From the IMG/VR virus record IMGVR_UViG_3300010214_000002, positions 1 through 54,133 of that record: DNA of 54,133 nt. One strand, given 5' to 3'. Both the position numbers and the translations under genes were made by a program. The stretch's first letter is position 1; the number at the start of each line of letters is the position of its first letter. Under the pieces are notes generated by a model, which was given only the letters and a program-made list of their open reading frames with translations, was not told where the DNA came from and ran no database searches. Source of the stretch: a virus. Its lineage: Duplodnaviria; Caudoviricetes. Below, piece by piece: positions 1 through 8,701 of the stretch.

Positions 1-55
1 CACTTGCTCGACGTGGAGTTGGCCGTAGTTGTCCACACGGCCATGCCACGCCTTC
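1..55. repeat. Terminal direct repeat, left copy (circular-assembly overlap)
   Basis: 1-55 is identical to 54079-54133 (CACTTGCTCG...CACGCCTTC); an ORF reads through the junction. Confidence 0.95.
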
Positions 56-312
56 GTGACCGGGTCTTGCTGTACATCGCTCACAACAGGCATCTTAACG
101 GGCGGCGTGTCTTCCAGTTCGTCGAACCATATGCGGTCGATGCGGCAAGGGAAGTTCTTCGGTGGCGGTGTGAGTGGGCCATCGATCATACATGACGCAC
201 AACGGCAATCGCCGCTGCGCATTACGTCTGCATCGATGTCGTAGCCCTCGGGCGCATCATCGCAAACGTGCTTCTTCCACAAACGCTTAAACGCTTCAAT
301 CAGCTTCTTCAT
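1..312 (-). CDS. Hypothetical protein, N-terminal part of a junction-spanning ORF (continues at 54078..53752, ~212 aa total)
   Basis: Manual translation: ATG at 312 after GAGGAAGAAG, MKKLIEAFKRLWKKHVC...KAWHGRVDNYGQ, open and in frame with ORF 53752..54114. Confidence 0.75.
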   Translation of the reverse strand, partial: MKKLIEAFKRLWKKHVCDDAPEGYDIDADVMRSGDCRCASCMIDGPLTPPPKNFPCRIDRIWFDELEDTPPVKMPVVSDVQQDPVTKAWHGRVDNYGQLHVEQV

Positions 313-829
313 CTTCTTCCTCATAGTCAGGACTAGCGATCACACGGGCTGCCACGTCAATGACCTCGGCAGGTATGGGCGGGGGCAACTGCGGCGGGTC
401 GTCGCGCCCGTTGCTTGGCAAGTAGAATTGCACAGTCGTTTGCGAGTTGTCTACGTTTAGGTTGACTGCTTTTGGAGGAGTTAGATCAAGCCCGAGCAGC
501 TCTGCCCTACGCTTCTCGATCTTGAGGATTGCCTCAATGGCGTCCTTGTTGACAAGGCCCGGAGCGTCTGGTGTGTTCAGCAGCGCGTTGTATGCGTGCT
601 CGAATAGCTTGTCCAGTCGAGCCGTCATGATCCTGCGTAGCTGCTCTGGCTTATCGCCGAGGTTCTCTTTCAGCCTGCGACGCACGAGCTTGTGAACGTA
701 CGCTTGGCTTAGACCCATGATGGCAGCGATCTTCGCATAGCTGAGTCCTTGCAGCCGCAAATCCAGCGCCTGAATACTCTTTGCGATAACGTTCGCGTCC
801 TCTTGCTTGGGTGTGTTTTCTGCTGCCAT
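296..829 (-). CDS. terS: Putative terminase small subunit
   Basis: N-terminal HTH (ALDLRLQGLSYAKIAAIMGLSQAYVHK), helical middle, RRAELLGLD motif, acidic tail; upstream of terL on the circular map. Confidence 0.65.
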   Translation of the reverse strand: MAAENTPKQEDANVIAKSIQALDLRLQGLSYAKIAAIMGLSQAYVHKLVRRRLKENLGDKPEQLRRIMTARLDKLFEHAYNALLNTPDAPGLVNKDAIEAILKIEKRRAELLGLDLTPPKAVNLNVDNSQTTVQFYLPSNGRDDPPQLPPPIPAEVIDVAARVIASPDYEEEDEEAD

Positions 830-907
830 ATCCAATCCTAGTTTTTAGCCCCGTGGCTGCGTTTGCTGCCCGGGGTGTGGCCTAGCCCTACCCCGGGGCG
901 TTTGCGC

Positions 908-1366
908 CTAGCCTGCGGCGCGCTGGCCCTGTTGCCGCGCACGATACGCAAAGTACGCCCGCGCCTGCTGCATGAAATAGACTTGGTAGTCCTCCCATGA
1001 GATATCACTCAATACCTTGACCTGCGTGCCATCCCATACGTGCATCGTCGTAAAGAGGCGTACCCGAAACTTGACGTTGTTCTGCTTATAGATCAGCACA
1101 GGCTCGAGCTTGACACGTTGTGCACTGGCTAGGCATTGCGCCCACCACTGCGGCAGGCATAGCGTCTCGTGGTGTTTTACTTCGATGGCGCACCACGGCA
1201 CGATGATGTCATGTCCGCCTTGATCGCTCTGCATTAGGTTGCGAGAGATTGCCGTGTCATTGTCCACATTCAGCTCGTTTGCGGCCTGCGCCAAAATTTC
1301 GCGCAGCACCAGAGCGACGGCTCTCTCGGCCCTCTTCCCCTTGTCCAAGCTCGCTTTACCGCCCAT
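908..1366 (-). CDS. PD-(D/E)XK nuclease, putative Holliday junction resolvase
   Basis: KGKRAER...GGHD...AIEVK...WWAQ...PVLIYK pattern typical of phage Hjc-like resolvases. Confidence 0.75.
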   Translation of the reverse strand: MGGKASLDKGKRAERAVALVLREILAQAANELNVDNDTAISRNLMQSDQGGHDIIVPWCAIEVKHHETLCLPQWWAQCLASAQRVKLEPVLIYKQNNVKFRVRLFTTMHVWDGTQVKVLSDISWEDYQVYFMQQARAYFAYRARQQGQRAAG

Positions 1367-1640
1367 CTTTCCCCCTTGGGTTCAATCGTTCATTTTCCTC
1401 TGCTAGATGCTGAATCACTTCGAAGCTCTGCTCGTATAGTAGATCTGCATCTGGTTCGTACAGTGCACCCGGTGTTTCGTTCGTTAAGAACCGGACCATC
1501 CTTTGCGCATACTCTACTGCGTCTGGACCTGTCGGCAAAGTGCAGAGTTGCATCTGCTCCCTGCCACTTACCAGATGCACTCTATATCTCTCGTAACCCA
1601 TGCGCGTGACGCGTATCCAATACTCGACTCTAACTGCCAT
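1356..1640 (-). CDS. Hypothetical protein
   Basis: GGAGG RBS before ATG 1640; overlaps the start of the downstream gene. Confidence 0.6.
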   Translation of the reverse strand: MAVRVEYWIRVTRMGYERYRVHLVSGREQMQLCTLPTGPDAVEYAQRMVRFLTNETPGALYEPDADLLYEQSFEVIQHLAEENERLNPRGKDGR

Positions 1641-1694
1641 TCTGGCCTCCATGTGGTATGGACAGCACGCTCCCATGCGGCGTCCGGCGTTTTT

Positions 1695-1905
1695 GCCTTT
1701 AAATACAAGTGGTTATATAAATAAAGGAATAAAGGAATAAAGGATAATAATTACACTATTAAAACTTGACGTATAAGGGGTATGCCTTTTGCTGTTTATT
1801 TAATATTCCCAAAACCTTGTTATTCCCAAACCCGGAAACCGGCCACCAGTAAGGCTTTGCGGGCCGGAAAGCCCCCCCGCCCCAAGCCTATATTTGGGAA
1901 AAATG
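1695..1905. other. Putative replication origin (AT-rich, iteron-like repeats)
   Basis: Most AT-rich tract seen; AATAAAGG x3 (1720-1743), TATTCCCAAA x2 (1804, 1821), inverted TTTGGGAA (1893); immediately downstream of primase-helicase. Confidence 0.55.
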
Positions 1906-1910
1906 CGACG

Positions 1911-4298
1911 TCAGTCAGGGCGCATAAGCATAAGTACGTTAGACACGCCGAAGCGTTCTTTTGCCTCTGCTGCTGCGATCGGTACAAGCACCTCCGCGTC
2001 TTGCAATCCAGTAAGAATTGCCTTAAGAACGCTACCCCCAAACACACCGTCGTCCGCGTAGGCTTTCTGCATGCGCACACGTCGACGGATGTAATCGTAC
2101 GTGACGCACGCGTTAGCACGCAGGGCTTTGATGTCTACGTTCTTTGTGAAGTACGATGGCGATGCCCCATTCAGAATGAAGTCCCGTGCAATGTCGATAA
2201 TGACCTGCTCACGCTTTCCGACTGCGTTGCCGCCAATGTCGCCTTTTTGCAGTTTCGATGCAAAGGTGTCGTGGGATCTACGAGCGAGCTTTTCGGCCCA
2301 TTGCAGGATAGGCAACGTGATTACCGGACCATAGAAATTGCACCCAACGGCGCACAGTGCGGCGAGCTTGAGTGTGGTCAAATAGAGGCGGCTGTTCAGT
2401 GCCCGCAACCCCTCGCTGTCCAGCGCGTTGTACTCTGCATCGATACGCTTAATGAAGTCCAGCCGGTATGACTCTGCTTCTGCGTTGAAGCTGACGTCTT
2501 CGCCTGTGTAGGGGCGTTCCTTGAGCATGCCTGCGCCGGGGCCATCCATCACCTGCTTACCCTGCCGGGCCTGTTCTGCGCGCTCCATCAATTCAGCAAC
2601 GCGCGATACAAGCTGGGGCGGTGGCTGCTCTGCAAGATGCTCATTTAGCGGTGGACGCTCGCCTGTGTATTCGATGCACAAGAAGCGAGGCAAGAAGCCA
2701 TCAAGAATGCTACCCATCGGCAGGTTATCAAAGACTGTGCTTTGTGTACCCTCGGCCAGTATCGACAGGTTTGGCGATTTGATACTTTCAATGCTGTTCT
2801 CGTCTTTCGAATACTTGGCCTTGTCCATGACGCTTTGGAAGCCAGACTTGGTATAGGCAGACAGTAGAGCAGCCTTCAGCAGCTTGCCGTGCTCGTCGCG
2901 CTGGCTATTGAAGCGCACCAGCATTTGACCGAATTCGGTGAACAGCGACAGACAGCAGGGTTCTGTCTCCAGATGCTTCTGTACAGCGGCTCCGGTCGTG
3001 AAGTTGCTTGGGCCGATAAACTTGCCTGCGTGGTTGCTGATACGGCTCACGGCAGATTGAATGCTGTCGATGCCGTGCTTCATGCCCTCTTTGCCGATAC
3101 CGGAATTTGCCACCACGAGCACGTATTGGTTGAGGCCCTGTGCGGATACGTTGTATGTGCGACCGCAGATGCCCGCCATGTAGCTGATAGCAGCAGCCAT
3201 TGCGAGGTCTTCAATAGGCCGTGGGGCCACCCTGTATATATAGCGTGCGATATCGCCCAAGAGCCCGGGCGGAAACGGGCCAGCCGTGGGCACTGGCGGG
3301 GGCGCTAGGGGTGTGGGTGGCGGAGGGGGTGGCGGGGCTGGTGGTGGAGGCTCCCAATTGGCCTTTGCATTCTTGCTCAGGCTAGAGAAATCCATCACCG
3401 GCACAGATGCACGGTCGTTAGCCACATGTGCGCGGGCAAGGCCAATCGTGCGGCGCATGTAGTCTTCGGGCTTGGGCTTCTTCTTCGACGGCTCTTTGCG
3501 CTGGTGCGGGTCCAGTGGGCTACGCCGCCACAGACGCAAGACTTGCTCATCGCTGTCGGTGCACGAGCACAGGGCCTGCACCACGGCGAGGTCAGCAACA
3601 GATTGACTCTTGTCGCGTGCGTCTGGTTTGACGTGCTGGAAGTAACCCTGCCAATCGCCCGTCTGGTACAGCGAGAACAGGTTCTTGTTGAGGGCTTCGA
3701 GGTGGCGCATGACGCGGTCGTCGTCTCGCTTTGCAACCAACTCGTTGAACTCGTACTTGCTGCCGCCTACGTTGGGCCGGTTCGTCTCGATAAGCTCTGC
3801 AAGGCTCTCGATGAACTCTTGGTCGTGCACCATTGGCCCGGCCTGCACCATGTCGCCAGTGATGAGGATGTAGCGCTCGTGGCCGTACATCTCAAAGCCG
3901 TGGCCTTTGACACCGCGCGGGAAGTCACCCTTCAAGAAGGCATGGAACCCGTAGCCGCTGATTGACTTCTCGACGTAGCAACCCAGCTTGACGGCAGCTT
4001 GGCCGAACCATGCACGCGCGCCTTCCGGTGCAGGCTTCTCCGGCTTGTCGTCGAAGTCGATGATCACGTAGGGGTCGTCCTTGGTTAGCACAAACCCAAT
4101 GCCCATGATGATATTCGGGTAGGATTGCCACAGGTCTACGGCATCCTCGAACGTGCCCCAATCGTTGGGTTCTGTGACGCTTGCCCCCTCGCCTGCCCTC
4201 CCGTTGAATACAATGAGTGGTTTCTTGTCGTAGTTGGCGCAGACCCATTGACGCCGTTCCCGCATCTCGAGCGGGATATTGTCCAGCTTGTTTTGCAT
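1911..4298 (-). CDS. Primase-polymerase (AEP/PrimPol-like) fused to P-loop helicase (DUF3987-like)
   Basis: N-terminal QWV...GIGFVL...IIDFDD...EKSISGYGFH...FEMY motifs; Pro-rich linker; Walker A-like ANSGIGKE. Confidence 0.85.
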   Translation of the reverse strand: MQNKLDNIPLEMRERRQWVCANYDKKPLIVFNGRAGEGASVTEPNDWGTFEDAVDLWQSYPNIIMGIGFVLTKDDPYVIIDFDDKPEKPAPEGARAWFGQAAVKLGCYVEKSISGYGFHAFLKGDFPRGVKGHGFEMYGHERYILITGDMVQAGPMVHDQEFIESLAELIETNRPNVGGSKYEFNELVAKRDDDRVMRHLEALNKNLFSLYQTGDWQGYFQHVKPDARDKSQSVADLAVVQALCSCTDSDEQVLRLWRRSPLDPHQRKEPSKKKPKPEDYMRRTIGLARAHVANDRASVPVMDFSSLSKNAKANWEPPPPAPPPPPPPTPLAPPPVPTAGPFPPGLLGDIARYIYRVAPRPIEDLAMAAAISYMAGICGRTYNVSAQGLNQYVLVVANSGIGKEGMKHGIDSIQSAVSRISNHAGKFIGPSNFTTGAAVQKHLETEPCCLSLFTEFGQMLVRFNSQRDEHGKLLKAALLSAYTKSGFQSVMDKAKYSKDENSIESIKSPNLSILAEGTQSTVFDNLPMGSILDGFLPRFLCIEYTGERPPLNEHLAEQPPPQLVSRVAELMERAEQARQGKQVMDGPGAGMLKERPYTGEDVSFNAEAESYRLDFIKRIDAEYNALDSEGLRALNSRLYLTTLKLAALCAVGCNFYGPVITLPILQWAEKLARRSHDTFASKLQKGDIGGNAVGKREQVIIDIARDFILNGASPSYFTKNVDIKALRANACVTYDYIRRRVRMQKAYADDGVFGGSVLKAILTGLQDAEVLVPIAAAEAKERFGVSNVLMLMRPD

Positions 4299-4303
4299 TC
4301 CTA

Positions 4304-4516
4304 TCAGCCTTCAATGAGCTTCTTGCCAGTCAGGAATTCGTAGAGGTACTGCACCCGGTTAATGCCGGGGTTCTTGACCTTACCCTTGCTGAACGACTCT
4401 AGCCAGAAGTAAGGGATTTGCGCGCGAATGGAAATATCAGCAAGGCTCCGCTCGTCTTCTTTGAGCAAGACGAACGTCTTAGTGATTAGGCTCTGCGGTT
4501 GATCACACGGGTACAT
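4304..4516 (-). CDS. Small HTH DNA-binding protein (Cro/XRE-like)
   Basis: SLADISIRAQIPYFWLESFSKGKVKNPGINRVQYLYEFL resembles an XRE HTH; first gene of the leftward unit. Confidence 0.7.
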   Translation of the reverse strand: MYPCDQPQSLITKTFVLLKEDERSLADISIRAQIPYFWLESFSKGKVKNPGINRVQYLYEFLTGKKLIEG

Positions 4517-4598
4517 GGTGCCCCCTTTATATAGGTGGCGCTATGGTAGCTGGCTCGCAACGCGATTTACAAGAAAATCCTACCCCCTTGCGCAGAGC

Positions 4599-4641
4599 AT
4601 CTAAAACGTCGTTGCATGAGCTGCGTGGAAGCGCTTAGTAT
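4599..4641 (+). promoter_or_regulatory. Sigma70-like promoter with conserved upstream motif
   Basis: ATCTAAAACGTCG-TTGCAT-N18-TAGTAT at the start of the rightward arm. Confidence 0.5.
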
Positions 4642-4668
4642 CCACCTACCGCAACCAAGGGGCACCCA

Positions 4669-4854
4669 ATGGCCTACAATCGCGACAAGTGCGAAGTCAC
4701 TTTCTCAACTCCGTTCGGCGGCAAGCAAACCCAGATCTTCCGGGACTATGCAAGCCTCGCTCAGTGGGCGCAGCAGCGCGCAGAAGAGCAAGCCCAGCGA
4801 TTCCCATCGCCCGTCTATGAATCCGCCGCCCCTGTATCTGGTAATGCGTCGTGA
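4669..4854 (+). CDS. Hypothetical protein
   Basis: AAGGGG RBS, ATG; first gene after the promoter. Confidence 0.6.
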   Translation: MAYNRDKCEVTFSTPFGGKQTQIFRDYASLAQWAQQRAEEQAQRFPSPVYESAAPVSGNAS

Positions 4855-5041
4855 CCCGTGCTCTGCGCATCTGTCGTTCGTTGGCGTGTTCAGTGAAGAC
4901 ACGGTAATGGGCGACACGTTGCGTCTTCTGTACCCGGCACCGCAATACTTCTATGCAGTCCCGCTCGCGTCTTGTCTGCTCACCAGCCTTGCGGATGATC
5001 ACGGCCAGCGCGACGTACCCCATCACCTTTCGTTGTTCTAG
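4817..5041 (+). CDS. Hypothetical protein
   Basis: Fills the gap between flanking genes; start uncertain (4817 or 4844). Confidence 0.4.
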   Translation: MNPPPLYLVMRRDPCSAHLSFVGVFSEDTVMGDTLRLLYPAPQYFYAVPLASCLLTSLADDHGQRDVPHHLSLF

Positions 5042-5050
5042 GAGCCACGT

Positions 5051-5533
5051 ATGCCAGCGGCAGCGCCAAAACCCGCAGTCCCCGATGATCTGCAAAAAGA
5101 CCTGCACGAGTGGAGCAAGCTCGCAGCAGCCGCAACAAAGGCCATTGAAGCCGAACGCAAGTTCCGCGCTGAACTGGTCGCCAAGTTGCTGCCCACTACC
5201 AAAGAGGGCAAGTCGACGTTCTTGCTGCCGCATGACTGGAAGCTCGAGATCGACCAGAAGTTCAACCGCACGCTGGACCAGCAAGCTCTGCCCACAGCTA
5301 TCCAGCAGATGCGCGACCTGAACATTACGCAGCTTGGCGTCACCGTCGACTCGCTGTTCAAGTACACGGCCGACATTGTGATCACGCCCATGCGCGAAAT
5401 CGAAAAGGCTGTCGCCAAAGAGAAGGACGCCGACGGCCCTGCCCACAAGATCTACGCCGTGCTGGCTTCGGTTATGACCACGAAGCCCGGCCTACCCGGC
5501 ATGAAGATTGTGCCGCCGACCAAGGCCGAATAA
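5051..5533 (+). CDS. Conserved phage protein of the recombination module
   Basis: AGGAG RBS; TAATG coupling to the Sak4-like gene; helical protein. Confidence 0.7.
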   Translation: MPAAAPKPAVPDDLQKDLHEWSKLAAAATKAIEAERKFRAELVAKLLPTTKEGKSTFLLPHDWKLEIDQKFNRTLDQQALPTAIQQMRDLNITQLGVTVDSLFKYTADIVITPMREIEKAVAKEKDADGPAHKIYAVLASVMTTKPGLPGMKIVPPTKAE

Positions 5534-6258
5534 TGCCAGTTCACTTCTCACGTACCAGCGAGCTATCTGTGGGCCACGGCGTGAAAGGTCTCGTGTATGC
5601 GAAGTCGGGCATCGGTAAGACGATGCTTGCGGCGACGCTGCCGAAGCCAATCCTTGTGACCGCAGAGAATGGCGCGCTGTCTCTGTCCAAGAAGAACATT
5701 GAGCGCGTGTACGGGGTCAACACGCCCGGCATTACATACGACATCCCCGCGCTCATTGTGAAGGATTTCGACGATTTGGACGATATCCACACTTGGCTCA
5801 CTACCAGCCCGCACGCTGCCGCTTTCCAGTCTGTATATCTGGATAGCTTGAGCGAGATCGCCGAGGTTGTGCTGGCCCATGCCAAGACCGAGAACAAGGA
5901 TGGGCGCAAAGCGTTCGGCGTCATGCTTGACGAGATCGTGCCGAAGATCCGCAAGTTCCGCGACATCGCAGGCAAGCATGTGTTCATGTCAGCCAAGTTT
6001 GACTACGTCCTGGATGGCGATGGCAACTTGAAGGGCGGTCCCATGACGCCCGGCAAGGCCCTCGCTAAAGAGCTACCCTACTTTTTCGACGAGGTGTTCT
6101 ATATGACCCTTGGTCGCCAACAAAACGGCGACACGTACCGCTATCTCCAAACCCAGCCCGACGAGCAAAATGACGCCAAGGATCGTTCGGGGTCACTGGC
6201 GCAAATTGAGCGCCCGCACCTTGGCTACATCATCAACAAAATCATCGCAGCAAACTAG
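5533..6258 (+). CDS. Sak4-like AAA ATPase / ssDNA annealing protein (AAA_24)
   Basis: YAKSGIGKT Walker A, LDSLSEI Walker B, LPYFFDEV and AKDRSG motifs. Confidence 0.85.
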   Translation: MPVHFSRTSELSVGHGVKGLVYAKSGIGKTMLAATLPKPILVTAENGALSLSKKNIERVYGVNTPGITYDIPALIVKDFDDLDDIHTWLTTSPHAAAFQSVYLDSLSEIAEVVLAHAKTENKDGRKAFGVMLDEIVPKIRKFRDIAGKHVFMSAKFDYVLDGDGNLKGGPMTPGKALAKELPYFFDEVFYMTLGRQQNGDTYRYLQTQPDEQNDAKDRSGSLAQIERPHLGYIINKIIAAN

Positions 6259-6267
6259 GAGCTATTC

Positions 6268-7104
6268 ATGGCAAAGATGGGATTTGACTCGAGCACAGTC
6301 GCACCGGCAACTTTCGACCTCGTGCCGAAAGGCTGGTACGCTGCCAAGATCGCCGACGCGGAAAACAAGACCGGCGCAAAGGGTGAGCGTCTGTCGTTGG
6401 AAGTCCAACTAACGCGCGGCACGTACAAGGGCCGCAAGGCGTTCGACGGCCTCAACTGGAAGCACGAGAACGCCGACGCCCAACGCATCGGGCAAGAGCA
6501 GCTTTCCGCGCTGTGCCACGCCGTAGGTATCCGTGTGCTCGAAGAAGATAAGCAGCTCATTGGCAAAGAGCTTGCCGTCAAGATTGGCATCGAGGACGAA
6601 CGCAAAGAAGGTGACAAGACCTACGATGCGCGCAACGTCATCAAGGGCTGGAAGCCCCTCAGCGAACTGAGTGAATCCGACCTTGCCAACGCTGAAGCAC
6701 CCAAGGCTGGCGGAACCCCGATGGGCGCGAACGCACCGGCCGACGCCCCGGACTGGATGAAGAACGCGGAAACGTCCGGCCCGGCACCCGATGTACCGCC
6801 CGCACTGCCCGACGCACCGCCCCCGCCACCTGTGGTCAAGACCGACGAAGAGCGCCTTGCTGAAGCAGGCTGGACGCAGCACCCGTCGAGCCCGCCGCAC
6901 TGGTACAAGGGTCAAGAAGTTTTGCTCAAGGCCGATGCGCTGGGAAAGCTGGAATCCGCCACCCCCACCGCCCCGCCAGTTGCACAGGCGAGTGCTGCCA
7001 GCACTGCCTCGGCGGGGGCTGCGAACACTGCTACGGCGGCAACGTCCCCGGCTGCGAGTGCACCTGCCGCCGCTGGTGATACGCCCCCGTGGCTGCAAGG
7101 CTAA
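6268..7104 (+). CDS. DUF669 ssDNA-binding-like protein
   Basis: FDLVPKGWY...GTYKGRK...LSALCHAVG...NVIKG; Pro/Ala-rich tail ending PPW; follows the Sak4-like gene. Confidence 0.8.
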   Translation: MAKMGFDSSTVAPATFDLVPKGWYAAKIADAENKTGAKGERLSLEVQLTRGTYKGRKAFDGLNWKHENADAQRIGQEQLSALCHAVGIRVLEEDKQLIGKELAVKIGIEDERKEGDKTYDARNVIKGWKPLSELSESDLANAEAPKAGGTPMGANAPADAPDWMKNAETSGPAPDVPPALPDAPPPPPVVKTDEERLAEAGWTQHPSSPPHWYKGQEVLLKADALGKLESATPTAPPVAQASAASTASAGAANTATAATSPAASAPAAAGDTPPWLQG

Positions 7105-7120
7105 TCTAGCTTGACGCTGC

Positions 7121-7147
7121 GCCCCGGTTTCGGCCGGGGTTCTTTTT
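7121..7147 (+). terminator. Rho-independent terminator
   Basis: GCCCCGG-TTTCGG-CCGGGGT followed by TCTTTTT. Confidence 0.8.
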
Positions 7148-7163
7148 CTCTACAGGAGCCGCT

Positions 7164-7916
7164 GTGACCCCATCCGTATATCAAAACCTTGCCGACGCGA
7201 TCAATGCGCACGGCAAAGCCTATACCGCAGAAGACGCCAAAGAACTCTGGCTGAAGATGCTCTCGCACCAGATGATCGACGCAACGATGCCGCCTGCCGA
7301 ACTGCGTGCAAAGAGCGAAGATGAAATGCATGCGTCTGGCCCGCTCGGCACGCCGATACATCCGAAGGTTGTACCGGTTCCCAGCGAATACGATGGCGGC
7401 GTCCTCTACCCCGCTTCCATTGCGTACGTGGCCGAGTTCCATGAAAAGTTCGGCCACCCGATCGCGCAGCACCCGAACACGGGCAACCCAGAGTTGCGCG
7501 CCCTTCGTGCCCGCATGATTCTCGAAGAGGTGCTCGAGTTCTGCGAAGCGGCTGGCCTGCGCGTGGAAGTCTTCCCTCGCCACGACATCAAAGCTCACAA
7601 GTGGTTGCACGATGCGCGGGTTGAACCTGTGCCGGGGCAGACGCTGGACATCGTCGAAATGGCCGACGCCCTTGGTGACGTCGACTATTTGGTTAGCGGG
7701 TCGGCGCTGGTGTTCGGCTTCCCCCACTGCGAAATCATGGAGGCGATTCATGCGTCCAACATGAGCAAGCTGGGCGAGGACGGCAAACCCATCTACCGTG
7801 AAGACGGCAAGGTGATGAAGGGGCCGAACTACTTCAAACCGCAGGCTCGCATTGAAGCTATTCTGCAAAAGGCCATGCGCAAATCTGGAGGCGACGATGC
7901 TGCGTATGTCGGCTGA
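7164..7916 (+). CDS. MazG-like / PRA-PH family nucleoside-triphosphate pyrophosphohydrolase with N-terminal extension
   Basis: VAEFHEKFG...LRARMILEEVLEF...EMADALGDVDY...IHASNMSKLG...REDGKVMKGPNYFKP. Confidence 0.85.
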   Translation: MTPSVYQNLADAINAHGKAYTAEDAKELWLKMLSHQMIDATMPPAELRAKSEDEMHASGPLGTPIHPKVVPVPSEYDGGVLYPASIAYVAEFHEKFGHPIAQHPNTGNPELRALRARMILEEVLEFCEAAGLRVEVFPRHDIKAHKWLHDARVEPVPGQTLDIVEMADALGDVDYLVSGSALVFGFPHCEIMEAIHASNMSKLGEDGKPIYREDGKVMKGPNYFKPQARIEAILQKAMRKSGGDDAAYVG

Positions 7917-8442
7917 AGAAATGGCAACCATCTCTGCCAACCGCATCCGGGCCTACGCGGCGGCCTCCCTATATCTGCTCACGATCCTCTTTGTGAACAT
8001 TGCCTTCACGAAGCTGCCAGTTGTCCACACGCCGCTCGGCATAGTGCCAACGATGGCTTTCTTCGTTGGGCTCGTGTTCATCATGCGCGACTACACACAG
8101 CGCTACGCGGGCCACTACGTGCTCATCGCAATGTGGCTGGGGCTTGCACTGTCAGTAGTTCTGGCAGACCCGCGTATTGCGCTTGTGAGCGGCGCGGCGT
8201 TCATTGTCAGTGAGCTGATTGACTGGGCAGTGTACACGGTCACGAAGAAGCCCTTCCAGCACCGCGTATTGATCAGTAGTGCCATTGCCATCCCAGTCGA
8301 CAGCGCGTTGTTCTTGTTCGGTATCGGCATGGGCAACCCGGGCAGCATCATTGCGATGTCACTCAGCAAGTTTGCGGCGTCGTTGCTGCTGTACTTTATC
8401 TACCAGACCATGGAGGGTCGCAATGCTCGTCGAGGTTCGTAA
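7897..8442 (+). CDS. VUT family (YhhQ/QPTR-like) queuosine-precursor (preQ0/preQ1) transporter
   Basis: Multi-TM protein with GLVFIMRDYTQ, RIALVSGAAFIVSELIDWAVYT and SSAIAIPVDSALFL motifs; GGAGG RBS. Confidence 0.8.
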   Translation: MLRMSAEEMATISANRIRAYAAASLYLLTILFVNIAFTKLPVVHTPLGIVPTMAFFVGLVFIMRDYTQRYAGHYVLIAMWLGLALSVVLADPRIALVSGAAFIVSELIDWAVYTVTKKPFQHRVLISSAIAIPVDSALFLFGIGMGNPGSIIAMSLSKFAASLLLYFIYQTMEGRNARRGS

Positions 8443-8701
8443 AAACGTATTCCTGAACCCAGACCACGTTGTGAGCGTCTGGTTCGACGTTGCCGCTGGC
8501 AAGCTGGTGATCCAATGCATCATGGGCCACCACTCGTTCGTGCTGCTCGAGGGCGAGATGGTTGAAGCTGCCGTTGCCCGTGTAGCAGAGCTGCTCAACA
8601 AGAGCCAGAAGCGGACGTCGAAAGGGGCCATCACCAACAGCGTGACCGTGTCCGGCGATGTGAAGCCTGTTATGCCCAACCCGCAGAACGTAACGAAATG
8701 A
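8423..8701 (+). CDS. Hypothetical protein
   Basis: GGAGG RBS; ATGA coupling with the next gene. Confidence 0.65.
   Translation: MLVEVRKNVFLNPDHVVSVWFDVAAGKLVIQCIMGHHSFVLLEGEMVEAAVARVAELLNKSQKRTSKGAITNSVTVSGDVKPVMPNPQNVTK

Noticed and set aside
1782-2471. 229-aa + strand ORF over the putative origin and primase end
   Set aside because: Antisense to the primase-helicase, no motifs, and it starts within the repeat tract
4304-4700. Divergent HTH gene and promoter as a lysogeny switch
   Set aside because: No integrase, partition genes or CI-like repressor with a peptidase domain found anywhere in the genome
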